64,000 nucleotides of DNA from Phoronis australis (lineage: Eukaryota > Animalia > Phoronida): contig NMRA01000301.1 in assembly GCA_002633005.1 (NCBI GenBank), forward strand, positions 434,001 to 498,000, in the 5' to 3' direction. Under the pieces are notes generated by a model. The model did no database searches. It was given only the letters and a program-made list of their open reading frames with translations, and was not told the DNA's origin. This document shows, one piece after another, positions 12,480 to 25,198 of this stretch. Every line of letters begins with the position of its first letter. The stretch's first letter is position 1. Made by a program: the position numbers and the translations under genes.

Positions 12480-14532
12480 CTAGTTCTAATTTTGACAATA
12501 GTCTTCATACAGCTAGCTGGATGGTTAGGAAAGACATAGACGTAGCACATTTCCAATATATGGAAAGTGTGACCTTTTACCATGACGGTGTTGTCCCGTT
12601 CAGTGACTTTACCACATGGAGAGGGTTGTGAGGGTGTGATAACATCTAGTTCCTTTGTTAACTGCCAAGCACAGTTCATTTGTATGGTACTATAACAGGC
12701 AGGCCAATTATCTACAAGGCTTATTACAGGCCATGTGTGAACACAAAGCCAGAGCGAATTGGTACATTAGGGAAGAATAGATTGTCTTAACTTCGGTTGT
12801 AGTCAGGCTATTTTCCTGATTCAAAAACTAAATGTAATCAGCATTTGAGGAAGAATTCAGAAATGCCATTAGTTTATGTTCAAATATGTCATAACTTAAC
12901 TTTCATTTTTAATAGCACAGCCCAGTCAGGCTAGATACGATCATTGGAGATTAGAACAATTATCGAACAAATGAGAGCTGGCCCTGAAACCATGAATGGC
13001 AGAATGGAGTTAATGAGTCGTGTAACATATTAGCTACAGGGGTCATCTTCCCAACTTGTTGTTGGCCTATAGAATCGAACGAGTTGGGATCAACGGTAAA
13101 CGCCGTAATGCCTTTGACGTAAACAAAACTGTGGTGACATCATGCAACAGCCACTCCGATTATGAGGCAATTGATGCAAGTCCTGCTTAAAATTAGTTAT
13201 AAAGGTATCCATACGTATGCAAATATTCTAAAATGCTCTTGAAATCAGTTTTGGAATTTAATTGCTTGCTCAATGGCTTGCCTCATGCTGTGCTGTCAAC
13301 CTCAGATTCGGAATGAGATCACGCATGAAAATCTGCCATTAATACTATCAGTCAGCTGTTTGTCAAATGACTGTGAACGCATGCGTGTATTTATCATAAC
13401 TGGGAGTGAAATTAGAAACTCTGCAGTGATTAAAGTTTTTCCTTCACGTGTATTTTGAAAATTGTGAATTTTTATTATTTCTGGAAATACACTTAGGATA
13501 AAGAGGGTTACTATAACTTTGTACAAGACTTTGCGAGATGGTACTTTCATCAGGAATTGTTTAAAAGATTTTATCCACAAGCTTTGGTGTTCGTACCTCT
13601 TTAATTGACTATCTCATTTTTTGGCAGGTACACTGCCCACTGAGGAAATTCAGTTTTTAGAAACAGGTTGCTGTCCTTTGCCATGTGCACTGGGTTAGCA
13701 GCTACAATGGATATAGCCAACCAGCTAACGGAAGACCGTCGTCAAAATATAGCCAGGGTAGTTTTGCTCGTCACCTCACCGTGAAACTTGTACCAATATG
13801 TAAAGCTAAAGACCGGATGGGGTGCATGCAAAATCTGGGAATCAAACGACACTCACCTTGCTCGTTACCGTACAGTCATTTAAGTGAAAAACAATGCAAT
13901 AAACGTCATTTTCTTGTGTAACTCTCCGCCTTTTCTAACAATGAAAAGTATGTCGTCGTTTTGAAAACAGTGTGCTCCTGTCACGCGCACGTGCCATTTC
14001 CAAAATTTTTGCGACATCTCTCGGAAGATGATGATAGCTCGGCAGCAGCAAAATTTCTTTTGGAATTTGGTTTTTGTATCAAAATTCTAAAAACTTATAA
14101 TGAAATGAAACCAGTTCCGGTAATTTGTTGTGACGTGTACACAACCTCGTGAAAGAAGAACAGTTGATTGAAGAATCGATGAAAAAAGAAACTGGCCAAT
14201 AGGTGACGCAATATTTCACGGTGCCGAAAGCCGTTGCTAAAGATCGCTCCACAACTTTTAGTGCCAGATTTTATCTTACCACTTTTTTACCCACATCGAT
14301 GCAAAGCTGTATATTCAATACATGTATACAGCTTTGTACAAAGCCTAAAATGGGCCACGCATTGAATCCCCACATTGTCCGTTCTGATCCAGATCAGCTA
14401 TAATTGAGTTGTTGTGAACCAAAGGCACCTTTAATCAGCCCACACTAAATAAAGAGAAACTTTATTTAGTGTATAGACTATAGTTGAAACTTGAGGGCTG
14501 ATTAAATTTAAGTTAAGATAGTACTCTTAAGG

Positions 14533-14627
14533 CACAGGCGTCCTCAGCTTCTGATCGTCCCCAATACAATACATTGTAGTATTATATGTAGTGTATTGGG
14601 GACGATCAAAAGCTGAGGACGCCTGTG
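14533..14627. mobile_element. 95-bp palindromic mini-copy of the CACAGG foldback element
   Basis: CACAGGCGTCCTCAGCTTCTGATCGTCCCCAATAC...GTATTGGGGACGATCAAAAGCTGAGGACGCCTGTG; same termini as 33504-34207. Confidence 0.85.
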
Positions 14628-14961
14628 TCTGCGTTGCGAACCGGTTGAAAGCAGAAACAGTAAAAAATTTATGACAGTTGTAGCCGCGTGCTACTGACAT
14701 TTCGGTGTTTGCCTCACTAAAGTTTCATGCAACGTGTGCGCGCATGCTTACTTACTTACTTTAACTAACTGCACGTAATTTCAACCTCGTAGAGAGTACT
14801 AAAGTTGTGGGACGTAATGGAAACGTTTGTGTCGTGTTGTCTTTTTTTGTAGACAGAAGGGTGGCGACGCCTGGCGTGCGTTTGTTCACTAACGCTTGGA
14901 CCTGTTGTGATGCGACACCTAGTGTGCAGCTGTTAAGTAAAATTTCGCCGTCAGTGGAATG

Positions 14962-15210
14962 CACAGGCGTCCTCAGCTTCTGATCGCGTCCCCAATACAC
15001 TACATATAATACTACAAGGTATGAAACTCGAGACTAGAAATTCCACGACGGCTGCTTCGATTCTGCCGTCCATATCAAACACAAAACTCAATAAATTTAC
15101 ACAAAACAGGGGTTCAACAAACCATGAGAGATCACGGTGTCCTCAGCTGCGGCTCCACAGGAGTTCGCAAGAAATTCGTTGTCAACAGCACAAAAATCGT
15201 GTTCCCAAAA
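14962..15210 (+). mobile_element. Single arm of the CACAGG foldback element
   Basis: Aligns with 33504-33760; no clear partner arm. Confidence 0.8.
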
Positions 15211-17543
15211 AGCCCAAACACACTTTGCACTTTGTCAGTTCGAGGTCAAGGGTTAAACCGTGGCAACCGACATAGGCGTGGGGCCGGGGACAGTCGAGAA
15301 AAGAAAGACTGCGAAATACGGATAAAAGAGAAAATTTAAGAGAAAATTTAACAACTCTGCATCAGTGCATGCATAAATTATAGACAACTGCATGGTTTAC
15401 CTTTTGAGAACCCCTGGCCAGGACATTGTCGTTAGGGTCTCCGCTTTTGCAGAAGAGGTCGTCTAAACGTACTTGAAAACGTGCGCGAAATCAATCATAA
15501 ACACATTTCGAAAAATCGAGAAAATTTGTAAAGCCAAGCTTTTGCGGAGCGTACCGTAATTTACTGGATTTTCAAATTCAATAAGTCAATTTTGCGAATG
15601 CAAAACTATATTTTTCCAGATGCCCCTCTCGGCAAACCTGAGGGGTAACGGAGGCAACTTTCTCGAAACCATATATTACTTGACGAGAAAAATTGATGAC
15701 CTGACAAATGACATCTATTGTGTTGCGCATTGCCTGATATTTTAGACATTTTCATATTTAGGGGCCACGCCCTTGAAGGAGGCTATTGATGACATTCAAG
15801 TGGCCACCCTTTTTGTGTTTTTATTGACAAATTCTGAAGGGACCGCTCACGGAGAGAGGGCCCAATGCGGGAATAGATTACCTCTATTTTCCATTTTTTT
15901 GAAATTGTGCAACCGGGTTTCATGTTGAAGGAGGTCACTCCCTGCATCGTTTTGGGACCACACGACAGTGGAATGCACTGTCACTCTTTTTTCCAAGCTT
16001 AATGATGTTTAGCCTTTCATCTTAAAGTGTCCCATATTAGACGGTACCCTCTCTCGGTGGACATTTCTGGGGAAATGTCTCTTTGTCCCTCTGTAAATGT
16101 AAAATCGACACTGCCACGTATTCATGGTGGAATATGAGATTCCAAATTAACCAAAAAAAAAAAAAAAAAAANAAAATGTGAAAAAATACAGTAGGATTAC
16201 CGCCATCGAAAGAGTACTGAGAATTTTGAAGAACGTGAAGACCACTATTTGTGAATTACACAAAAGGCGGACTATTCAGTTCCGATGGTTACGTAGTTAA
16301 AAAATAAATGTTACTATTTCCCGTAGTATCACAAGAATAGTATCTCTTTTGAAGATGGTTACTATGAATTGTTTATAAGAAATTCCCACATGTGGAAAAC
16401 ACTGCTGTCTAAGTTACTATTTGTGATGACCGTGTACATGTCAAAAGGGGTACTCAAAGAACTCTCGCAATCTTAAACAAAGATTTCAGCGTTTTTTTGT
16501 CAGTAGAGTTCAAGCTTACCTCGTGAACGGTTATAGGTACCTCTGAAATAAGCAAAAATACATCTTAATACGAATGCCCATTTTCCTTATCCCCCCGGAA
16601 ATTCCTTATATCATTCCGTTCTGACGAACAAATTCGTTGATTTTTGATTTACTTGTTTATGTAGTAAGAAAATCAATAGATTCATAGATGATTTTTGCCA
16701 ATTAGACGCTAATCTTGTAAGAATTGATGATGTTTCAGTGAATTTAATTACGGCTTGAGATTAGAAAAACTCTATAATCCGATACCCCAAATACATGTAG
16801 TAAAGTGCATTTACATGTATAGACGATTTTTGAATATCTAAAATAACTCTCAAAGACATTGATGAAAATCGAACTCACAAACCGTAGATAGAAAAAACAT
16901 TTTATAAACCCTTGTCTTTGCACTTCCTTGGTGTTTTTAGTTTCCAGTAGTATTGAGCAATGAATTTTTGTTCAAAACTGAATTGATTGCTTTTCCTGAT
17001 TCACGTGCACGTCATGACTGGCGTACCCACGTTAAAAATAAAATGTAAGCCAGCAGTAGGCCCGCGCAGAATCTTAAAGATCCACGAATTTGAACTCCAG
17101 GCATTCAGGATGTGTACATTTTTGGGACACACTATCCTTTTCCCCAATCACCAGAAACTGGACTACCGGTCGTGTTTCAACGATAGATTTTGGAACAGCC
17201 CAAAGGACGGCACTACACCAAGGACTTCGGGGCCTCACCTTTTCAAAAAAACCCTGAAAGAATGACCACAATAAAATAAAGTTTTCCTGAAACTGGATCA
17301 CATCTTGATCTTAGAGCGAGCGCAGACGGCCGATACGAGCTGCCTGTCTCAAGTGAATCACAGCCGAGCTGACCAGCAACTAGCTTTAGTTCATCGGGAA
17401 TTTTGTATTTTCACACTATTAGATCTCGGCTATAGCTACTTTTGAAGCAGCTCCTCGCCACCGCTCAGTGTACTCGGTCCTATAGGCCCCTTCTTACTCT
17501 CCGTTTTCTTCACGGTTACTCAACTCTTGCACCGGGGTTGTTC

Positions 17544-17733
17544 TAGGGGCGGATCTGGGATTTTGAGTTGGGGGGAGGTACGTATTTACCTGGCAGGGTT
17601 TTACCCGTCAGAAATTCGCACCCCCGAACTGCCAACTGGAATCTGGGAGAATTTTAGGGGGACCATACTGGAACTTTCTGGGAGAATTTTAGGCCGGGGC
17701 CACAGCCCTTTGGCCACCCCTTAATCCGCCACT
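17544..17733 (+). mobile_element. Short hAT-like MITE; inverted copy at ~57995-58148
   Basis: GGGGCGGATCT...AATCCGCCACT ends; internal TTCGCACCCCCGAACTGCCAA shared in reverse with ~58060-58080. Confidence 0.6.
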
Positions 17734-18479
17734 ATGCCTCCCACCTAGGGCGGACGTGGGAGATTCGCTATAAGTACGGTGGTATTTGAAGGACGGTGAG
17801 GGGGTGGCGGAGGTGGTGGCGATGGAGGGGGGGCTCCGGTTTGGCAAAGTCGAATGTGCCCCTCCAATAATTTTTACCTTCCTACGGGCCTGCAGGGTGA
17901 CAACACGGTGTTGTCAAACGAGTATATTCCGGTCTAACGGAATGTCGATTGAAGATTGGGCCGGGAGACAACGCTTCACCTATAGGTTTGCTTGTCATGG
18001 AACAAAGATCAAAACGAGTGATTCCGCCATTTCTTTTGCATGTTTTACAATTAAGGCATCCTCAGTGATGTACGCTTAAGATTGGAGACACTGGTTGTAT
18101 CCTCCCAGTTACTCGAGCTCTCCTGAGCGTTTGTTATGGACAGAACGTTGTATCATGATTCAGTTAATGGACATGCATGCCATCCTCACGAGTTGTTATA
18201 GCCTCAAGTAAACTGCCTCCCTTCCTCAAGCTTTCAGCGGTTTGTCGACAGGCTTCTGTAATAAATACATGTCTGTGAGCTGTTTCATTCTTGTTGGACT
18301 ATTTGCTTGCATTGCGTGTTTTTGTCGTGTTTCTGCATGAGCGAGAAAAACAGAGTACTTAGTGTACACAACAATGGCATATACAGTGACATCTTTAGTG
18401 AGTCAACGTAAACAACAAAGACCCAGCATCATAGAGATCATAGACAACTGAACTGTAGAAGTTAGTTGAAGAAGACTAA

Positions 18480-20430
18480 AAAGTTAGTTAAAATTGGAGA
18501 CCTGTTAACGGACTCCCGGCAACACCTACAGACCCGGCCCCTCCCAAAAGATCCCACAGGCAAGTACCTTGATTTGTTGGTGAATGTCCTACGTGATTGG
18601 AAGAGGAAGAAAACCATCAGTGATAAGTAACATTGGGAACTATATCCTGTCTCGGAGGATCCACCCAGGATGTATTGTTCTCCGAAAATACACAAACCCA
18701 ACACCCCTCTACGATCTATTGTGTCGTGTTGTGGCAGTATAACATACAGATTATTTAGCTAAGATACTTTCTCCCCTACAATTAGCCTCACCCGCCGAGT
18801 GTCCCATTAATTAACAGCCGTGACATAGTCGACAAACTTGAAGATCTGGACCCGGTCTCCAATCTTTTTACTCGAAATGGAACTCGAAATTAGATTTGGC
18901 ATTTTCTACTCTACTTTTGGGCGAAATCATGACAAGTGTCTATTATTCTATGCTCGAGTACACAATAACTTACGTAGATAATTTATTGCCCTTAGTTCAC
19001 AGTTTGTAAACCCAATATTAAAGCAATAAGTTCGAGTTTGAACTCGAAATTTCGAGTTCTTACTCGAGTTTGTAGCACGAATACTAAGGGTCTTCAAGGG
19101 CAAACTTGAACTAGAAACTGCTATGCATAAACTATAATGTATTGGAGCACAGTCTGATAACCAATTATCTTAAGTTCGCACAAAAGGAGCAGAGAAATTG
19201 CCAAAAATAGTTCGAGTTCGTTTCGAGTACAAAGATTAGAGACCGGGCCCTGNTGGAGACACTGGTTGTATCCTCCCACTTACTCGAGCTCTCCTGAGCG
19301 TTTGCTATGGACAGAACGTTGTAGGCCCTATCATGATTTTGCTGCCTTCAGTTAATGGACATGCCATCCTCACACGTAAGTTGTTATAGCCTCAAGTAAA
19401 CTGCCTCACTTCCTCAAGCTTTCAGCGGTTTGTCGACAGGCTTCTGTAATAAATACATGTCTTTTAGCTGTTTCATTCTTGTTATGTGCTACTATTTGCT
19501 TGCATTGCGTGTTTTTGTCGTGTTTCAGCATGAGCGAGAAAAAAACAGAGTACTTAGTGTACACAACAATGGCATTTACAATGACATCTTTAGTGAGTCA
19601 GCGTAAACAACAAAGACCCAGCATCATAGAGATCATAGACAACTGTACTGTAGAAGTTAGTTAAAGAAGACTATAAAGTTAGTTAAAATTTGGGACCTGT
19701 TATCGGACTCCAACACCTACAGACCCGGCCCCTCCCAAAAGATCCCACAGGCAAGTACCTTGATCTGTTGGTGAATATCCTACGTGATTGGAAGAGGAAG
19801 AAATCATCAGTGATTGGGAAATATATCCTGCGCCTCGGAGAATCCACCCAGGATGTATTGTTCTTCGAAAATACACAAACCCAAACCCCGCAGAGACTTA
19901 TTGTGTCGTGTTGTGGCAGTATAACATACAGATTATTTAGCTAAGATACTTTCTCCCCAACAAGCATCACCAAGTGTCACTAATTAACAGCCGTGACATA
20001 GTCGACAAACTTGAAGATCTGGTTGTCACCTCTGGTAAACTCAACTCGTATGGCGTCAGCGTACTATTCACGTGTGTACCCGTCGACAAGGAGCTTACCA
20101 TCGTCCGACAACTTCTAAAAACGACGGTTTGCTACATCTACGAACCTAACTTTCCGTCAACCAGATTTGCCAACTCCTTGGGTTTTGCCTCATACGTACT
20201 GTACTTCCAATGCCGTGACAAATTTTACTGACAGTGTCATGGATTCACCTCATGTGTGTCCCCGACTGTCTGTGGCATTTACTTGGAGGACTTCGCTCTT
20301 GCCACTGCTTCGTCTTCCACCTCGCTGTTTTATGATATGTTGACGACACGTTCGTGTTACTCCATGAGTATGGCATTGGCAACTTGACGCGTCACAGCTT
20401 AGACGATAACATACTTTTCACCATCAGGAA
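18480..20430 (+). pseudogene. Penelope-like element RT remnant, present in two near-identical copies
   Basis: KDPTGKY, PRMYCSPKIHKPNTPLRSIVS (PLE motif YGLPKxHKxxxPLRPIVS), VSVLFTCVPVD, YFQCRDKFY, YVDDTF. Confidence 0.85.
18849..19249. mobile_element. PIF/Harbinger-like MITE with CTG target duplication
   Basis: TIRs G(A/G)CCCGGTCTC...GAGACCGGGCC, CTG on both sides, internal ACTCGAA repeats; empty site GAAGATCTGGTTG in the duplicate copy at ~20013-20025. Confidence 0.75.
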
Positions 20431-20522
20431 GCTGAGGCGAGTGCTGTAGCGCGCCACGTACGTGGCTTGAAACCCGATCAGGCCCGTCATGGCCGGACTG
20501 GAGACATTACTACACGATGTAC

Positions 20523-22520
20523 GTGGGGACATGTACTGCGTGTTTGGACTATGGTCATTAGGGGTACGGCATCGTCATGAGAAAAATCGGCAAAAAATCC
20601 CCGACAAGGCGTAAGATCGTTTATCTCGAGTCGTTACACATGACCCTTTGTAATGAAACTGTTGGCATGCACTCATTGGAAGAGTAGTCGTTGAATGTGA
20701 CATTAATTATATTATAAATTAGGGTCCCTATACTGGCTATGCTCAAGAGATTTCTCTTATTGTTTACACAACGATAAACTTCGAGCGACAATTTTTTTAC
20801 TTTTTTATGTTTGAGTACCATCCATGTAACCATAGACAACGTGCATAAAAAGTATAGTTGATATTTGTACTTAGTATGTGTGGTATTGACACCTACTCTC
20901 AAAATACATGGGCGGCGCACCATAGGGGGCTGAGGGGGCTTAAGCCCCCACATTTTTCAGTGCTACGCCGCACATGGTCTGTAGGCGGTGCACCACAGGG
21001 GGGCTACGGAGCTTTAGCCCTCCCACTTTTTTCAGTGCTGCGCCGCCCATGAAATATCTGTACGGACTCGTCATACTCCAGTTTCGCGTGACTGTCCGAA
21101 CTCGTTATGAGCAACTGTACGGTTTCGCATTGAGCCGGTTGTGTTTTCAACTTATTTTTTGTCTAATTATGCATCAATACCTGCAGAAAGTAACTCATTC
21201 CTATACATATAAATCAGTTTCTTGATAAATAATGTCAGATGACTTTGCAGTGGCATTGTCGGACTGACTGCATAGACTATGCCTCCCAGAAATAACAGAG
21301 ATTTGTTGGTTTCTACCACGTAATCCACGTAAATTGCCCAGCGCTTAACTTCGAAATTAGCCACGTCCTCTCTTAGTGGGACTAACTCTTTTAATCTCAG
21401 TGAGAAAATGCCACACATTTTGCGTATACATTCTTTCAATTTCAAACCCAGATGGAATGAATCTCAAAAATTTTCCGCGGAAAAGTTTGTATCCGATCCG
21501 CCAAAACTTTACAACGTCGTTCAAAAGGTTGTCGACTGTAATAATTCTGCCACCATTAGCTGAACGCTACATTGTCTAAGGGGAATGTGCCATCTGCTAT
21601 TATCCTATTAAATTTGTCCCACGTGTCTGACTTTCCTATTGTTTTCAAGGCATCGATCATGCGTGGTGTGACATTACGAATTCTTTTATTGAACTGTATT
21701 CTCGTGCTAAATCTGCCTGTATATCCCTTTCGCATTCTTTTCATCTTTGCCTTTTTCTAGTATAGATATCTTTTGGTTGACCTGGTTTTGCGGCCCTCCT
21801 CCAAAACGGTGTCGGGAATGCATGCGCGCACCCGGGGAGGGGGAGGGCACTCGGGGGGACTTGAACAACGAGCCCCCCATTTGGCGAGGTGGGCAAAAAG
21901 GTCCGCCTTTGAGAAACAAAAAACTCCGAAAAAAGTAGAAACCGAGAAAAGGAGGAACTACCAAAATTCGGCGAACGCTCAATTTATAGCTCTAGACCTA
22001 CCCCGTGAATCTTAGTAAAAAGTCCACATTCTGTGACGAGTTCGTACAGTTTTCAAAAATCTGCTCGTCGAACGAGTCCGTACAGTTGGCTCAGGCGAGT
22101 CCGTAGAGTCGTTTATCTGACTGCCTAATTCACAATTTCTATATCTTTGTTAATCAAGCAATTCAACTGAAAGTTTTGCAGCACATGCACATCTTCATAT
22201 ATTACTTGCAGTATGAGATGTATTAGATCAATGACATAATATATCATTTTATAACAAATTTTCACCGATATTCCTGATTTTTTCACAGCACCACGGTTAC
22301 CGAGTCGCACTTGGTCGTCGTTGTTGTCACAATAACGTGAAAAGCTTTCAGCGCTTGCCACGACTCAAGCTATCGGGAAGAGCTGTTTCTAATTGCATAA
22401 AGGACCGATTTCTACATTTTATAGACAATTTTGTTCGACGGGTGTTGTGATCCTTCACCAAATTGCTCATGACGACACCGTACTCTTCGACCAGTCCAAA
22501 CTCGTAGCACAGGTCCCCAC
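20523..22520 (-). mobile_element. Unclassified TIR element (~60-bp imperfect TIRs) with a decayed coding fragment
   Basis: GTGGGGACATGTACTGCGTGTTTGGACT...GTACGGCATCGTCATGAG pairs with CTCATGACGACACCGTAC...AGTCCAAACTCGTAGCACAGGTCCCCAC. The minus strand reads FPLDNVAF and KFWRIGYKLFRGKFLRF. Confidence 0.6.
20907..21051. mobile_element. 145-bp MITE with 5-bp TSD (hAT5-like)
   Basis: TIR CATGGGCGGCGCA / TGCGCCGCCCATG flanked by AAATA on both sides. Confidence 0.8.
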
Positions 22521-22719
22521 ACCAAGATCACGAACATACCAGCCGGGTTAGTGGACAGCGAACGCTGAAAACTAAACGTCCAGTCACGAAAAGACTAAAC
22601 TAGTGAACCAAAGAAATAATGTCCACGTGAATCTTTCGGTTAATTCGCCACAAAATTGCAAATCTACCTACTCGGCGGGGCCCCTTCCACAGCCGGAACC
22701 GCTATAGCGAAAAGGAGTA

Positions 22720-22985
22720 CAATAACAATGATTTGAATAATGTATATATATCTAGATAAAGAGTCTTCTAATATCTGACCATAGCAAATAAAACCGAGCT
22801 ATAGTTTCACAACATCTCTCTGTCAGCAAACACGGAATTAGCATGGCCTCACACGGCGGTCAATTGCACCTGAAACCGGACGCCGGGTAACGCTGTATAA
22901 TATATTCGTTGTTGATTTAACAAAACATTTCCACTCACGAACACTCCGAAGGCATTATATTTTCCGAGACAGACTTTGACACTAA
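22720..22985 (+). repeat. Dispersed repeat shared with ~53108-53385
   Basis: Collinear ACAATGATTTGAATAATGTATA...GACCATAGCA...GAATTAGCATG...GAGACAGACTTT in both places. Confidence 0.75.
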
Positions 22986-23950
22986 GTGCCGTAGGAAGCG
23001 GGGGGCCCAAAAACATTTGTAGACGTAATGGTTAAACCGTGGGGCCGAGGGCAGCCGATTTTGCTCAAATCAGCTTATTTCCTCACCTGGGAATAAACAC
23101 TCCTTTAAAATGGTTACGATTCGCTCACCCGAAATACAGTCAATAAACATGTAGTCAATCACATCATTGAATTTGAATTGGGACGAGAAAAATAACGGGA
23201 TCGTCGCGCCTCTGAAGTTGAGATAAACCAGAACTCCGCCAAAGAAGCGAACATTTGATTTACATATAGACCATTTCCCACTATAAACCAGGTAAAGTTT
23301 GGGAGACAAAAGAATCAAGCTCGGGAACTAGCGTGACCACGGGCTTCGCTTGTAATTCATGGCGTTATCTCTCAAGTTCTGCGTTTTAGCGAGATTCTCG
23401 CCTTTACGGAACTTACGCCTGGTCACATCTTTTTGCTAAGTCAGATGAGATGTGATTTCTAGACCATGCTAGTTGAACAAAATGACAAAGCGTGTACAGC
23501 CAACTTGTTGAGCTTAGTCTGATGCAATAACGAACTGTAAGTTCTTTTAAAGCTTAATCACCTTTGTATTGAAAAATGAAATGTTTATATCAATTTCTGC
23601 TAACTTAAGTAGGGAGGCGGGCTCGTAGCATCTTTCAGTTGATATCAGGTGAAGCTTTTGTTTTTGAAAAGATAGTCATTTAAACAAAACGTAACACCCC
23701 CAATGTTCAAAGCAATAACAATCGAAAATTAAACAAACTTTAGAGCGGCTGAGATATTATAAAGGAAACTTTGCGTGTTTGACAGCAGTAATTTTTGCCA
23801 CGAGAATATAGTTTGCACACGTAGCACACCTTTCCGGTACTACCAACTGTATTACAAAGCACCTCTATATTATATATCTTAGAACACACATACCTCAATA
23901 TGTTTCTAGTGCAACTCCAAAAATAAAGAGAGTAGGTACAAACTCAAACT

Positions 23951-23956
23951 TTTATT
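23951..23956 (-). terminator. Candidate poly(A) signal of the small basic protein gene (alternative at 24079-24084)
   Basis: AATAAA on the minus strand ~355 nt after the stop, followed by a GT/T-rich tract. Confidence 0.45.
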
Positions 23957-24310
23957 TAGTACGACACTCTGCTAAAGAATAAAAAACGTCCATAAATAAA
24001 TAGCTCATTGATGAAAACAGATCCACAGAGTTAATTTGTAAGGTAAGGCTATTAGCTGTGATCCACAAAAACTGGATGTTTATTGGATTTGTCCACTAAA
24101 CAAAGAACAGACGCTTGGCACTTGAACCTTTGAGGACGTTCTTTTTGTCGACTCACTGGCGTCCAGTAAGAGAGCGGAATAGAATTCCCATATAGAATAT
24201 GACATACTAATAGCTATTTGTGTAAAAATATCAATAAATAGTAGTATTTTCTAGGAAATGTACAATGTATAAAACCACTCTAAATGTCTGTCCGCCTCAA
24301 AAGCTAGTGT

Positions 24311-24402
24311 CTATTTCTTGGCCTTTGCAGTCTTCTTCGCTGTCTTCTTTGCTACTTTCTTTGTAGCCTTCTTAGCTGCGGCCTTCTTGGCGGGCTTGGG
24401 AC
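24311..24402 (-). CDS. Small Lys/Ala-rich basic protein, last coding exon
   Basis: Acceptor ttcaag, then GT CCC AAG...; encodes (R)PKPAKKAAAKKATKKVAKKTAKKTAKAKK-stop; phase matches the upstream exon. Confidence 0.85.
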
Positions 24403-24866
24403 CTTGAATTATAATAATAATAATGTTAATTATAGCAATATTAATAAAACGGATACAAACCCGCGATCCACCAAAAAGCCAACTTTTGCTTTAGACCATT
24501 CACAACTATGAAGTTTGTATCAACTTGTTCCTGACTCAGAAGAGAATTGGTTTCTGAGCGTGGAAATTTTTAGGTGCGTAAAATGAGCCAGTTTGGAGAG
24601 CCTGGTCTCAACCAAGTCAAGAAATCACCTCTAATTTGACCAAGAAAGAATTCGAGGCCAATTTCATGATGGTACCTAATCTAAATCAAAAGTTAGTTTG
24701 TGTACCAGACGATAGGTTGATATTCGCTATAGTATGTGCGAACGTAACAACAATAATAACTAAGATAACATCGAGAACAAAAATAAAAATAAACATAATT
24801 AGTAATATATTAATAATCAGGGTAATAATTTGATTGTAATGTTACTAAAATGACAACGGTACTAAC

Positions 24867-24936
24867 GTGCTGTCTTTTTGGACTTTGCTGGTGCCTTTTT
24901 GGGTTTGGGCTTCGCTGCTGTTTTTGCTTTGGCCAT
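24867..24936 (-). CDS. Small Lys/Ala-rich basic protein, first coding exon (exon starts at 24969)
   Basis: Acceptor tttattttcag; start context aacaatATGG; encodes MAKAKTAAKPKPKKAPAKSKKTA plus C; donor gttagt. 70+92 nt = 53 aa plus stop. Confidence 0.85.
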
Positions 24937-25106
24937 ATTGTTAGGTTTGTGATGAGTTCCTGAGGTGGGCTGAAAATAAAACACTAGTTGTTAATCTTAA
25001 TGTACAACTGATTGCACACATTACGCTAAGAGTTAAATCAGAACCTTTTCCGAGAGAAGTATGATCGGGCCCAGTGTCTAATATTAGAACTCGAGATCAA
25101 ACTTAC

Positions 25107-25198
25107 TTTTGACATCGATTTTCCGTTCTGTTTTGCTGTACCGTGATAGTATAGCTCGTGCGAACAATTAAGTTTCTAATTCCACTTTGCACTTTATA
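25107..25198 (-). promoter_or_regulatory. TATA box and non-coding exon 1 of the small basic protein gene
   Basis: TATAAA on the minus strand at 25193-25198; consensus donor GTAAGT at 25101-25106; inferred TSS ~25168. Confidence 0.6.

Noticed and set aside
20423-20446. ATCAGGAAGCTGAGG as right TIR partner of the arm at 14962
   Set aside because: The match is short, lacks the CCTGTG terminus and has no TSD.
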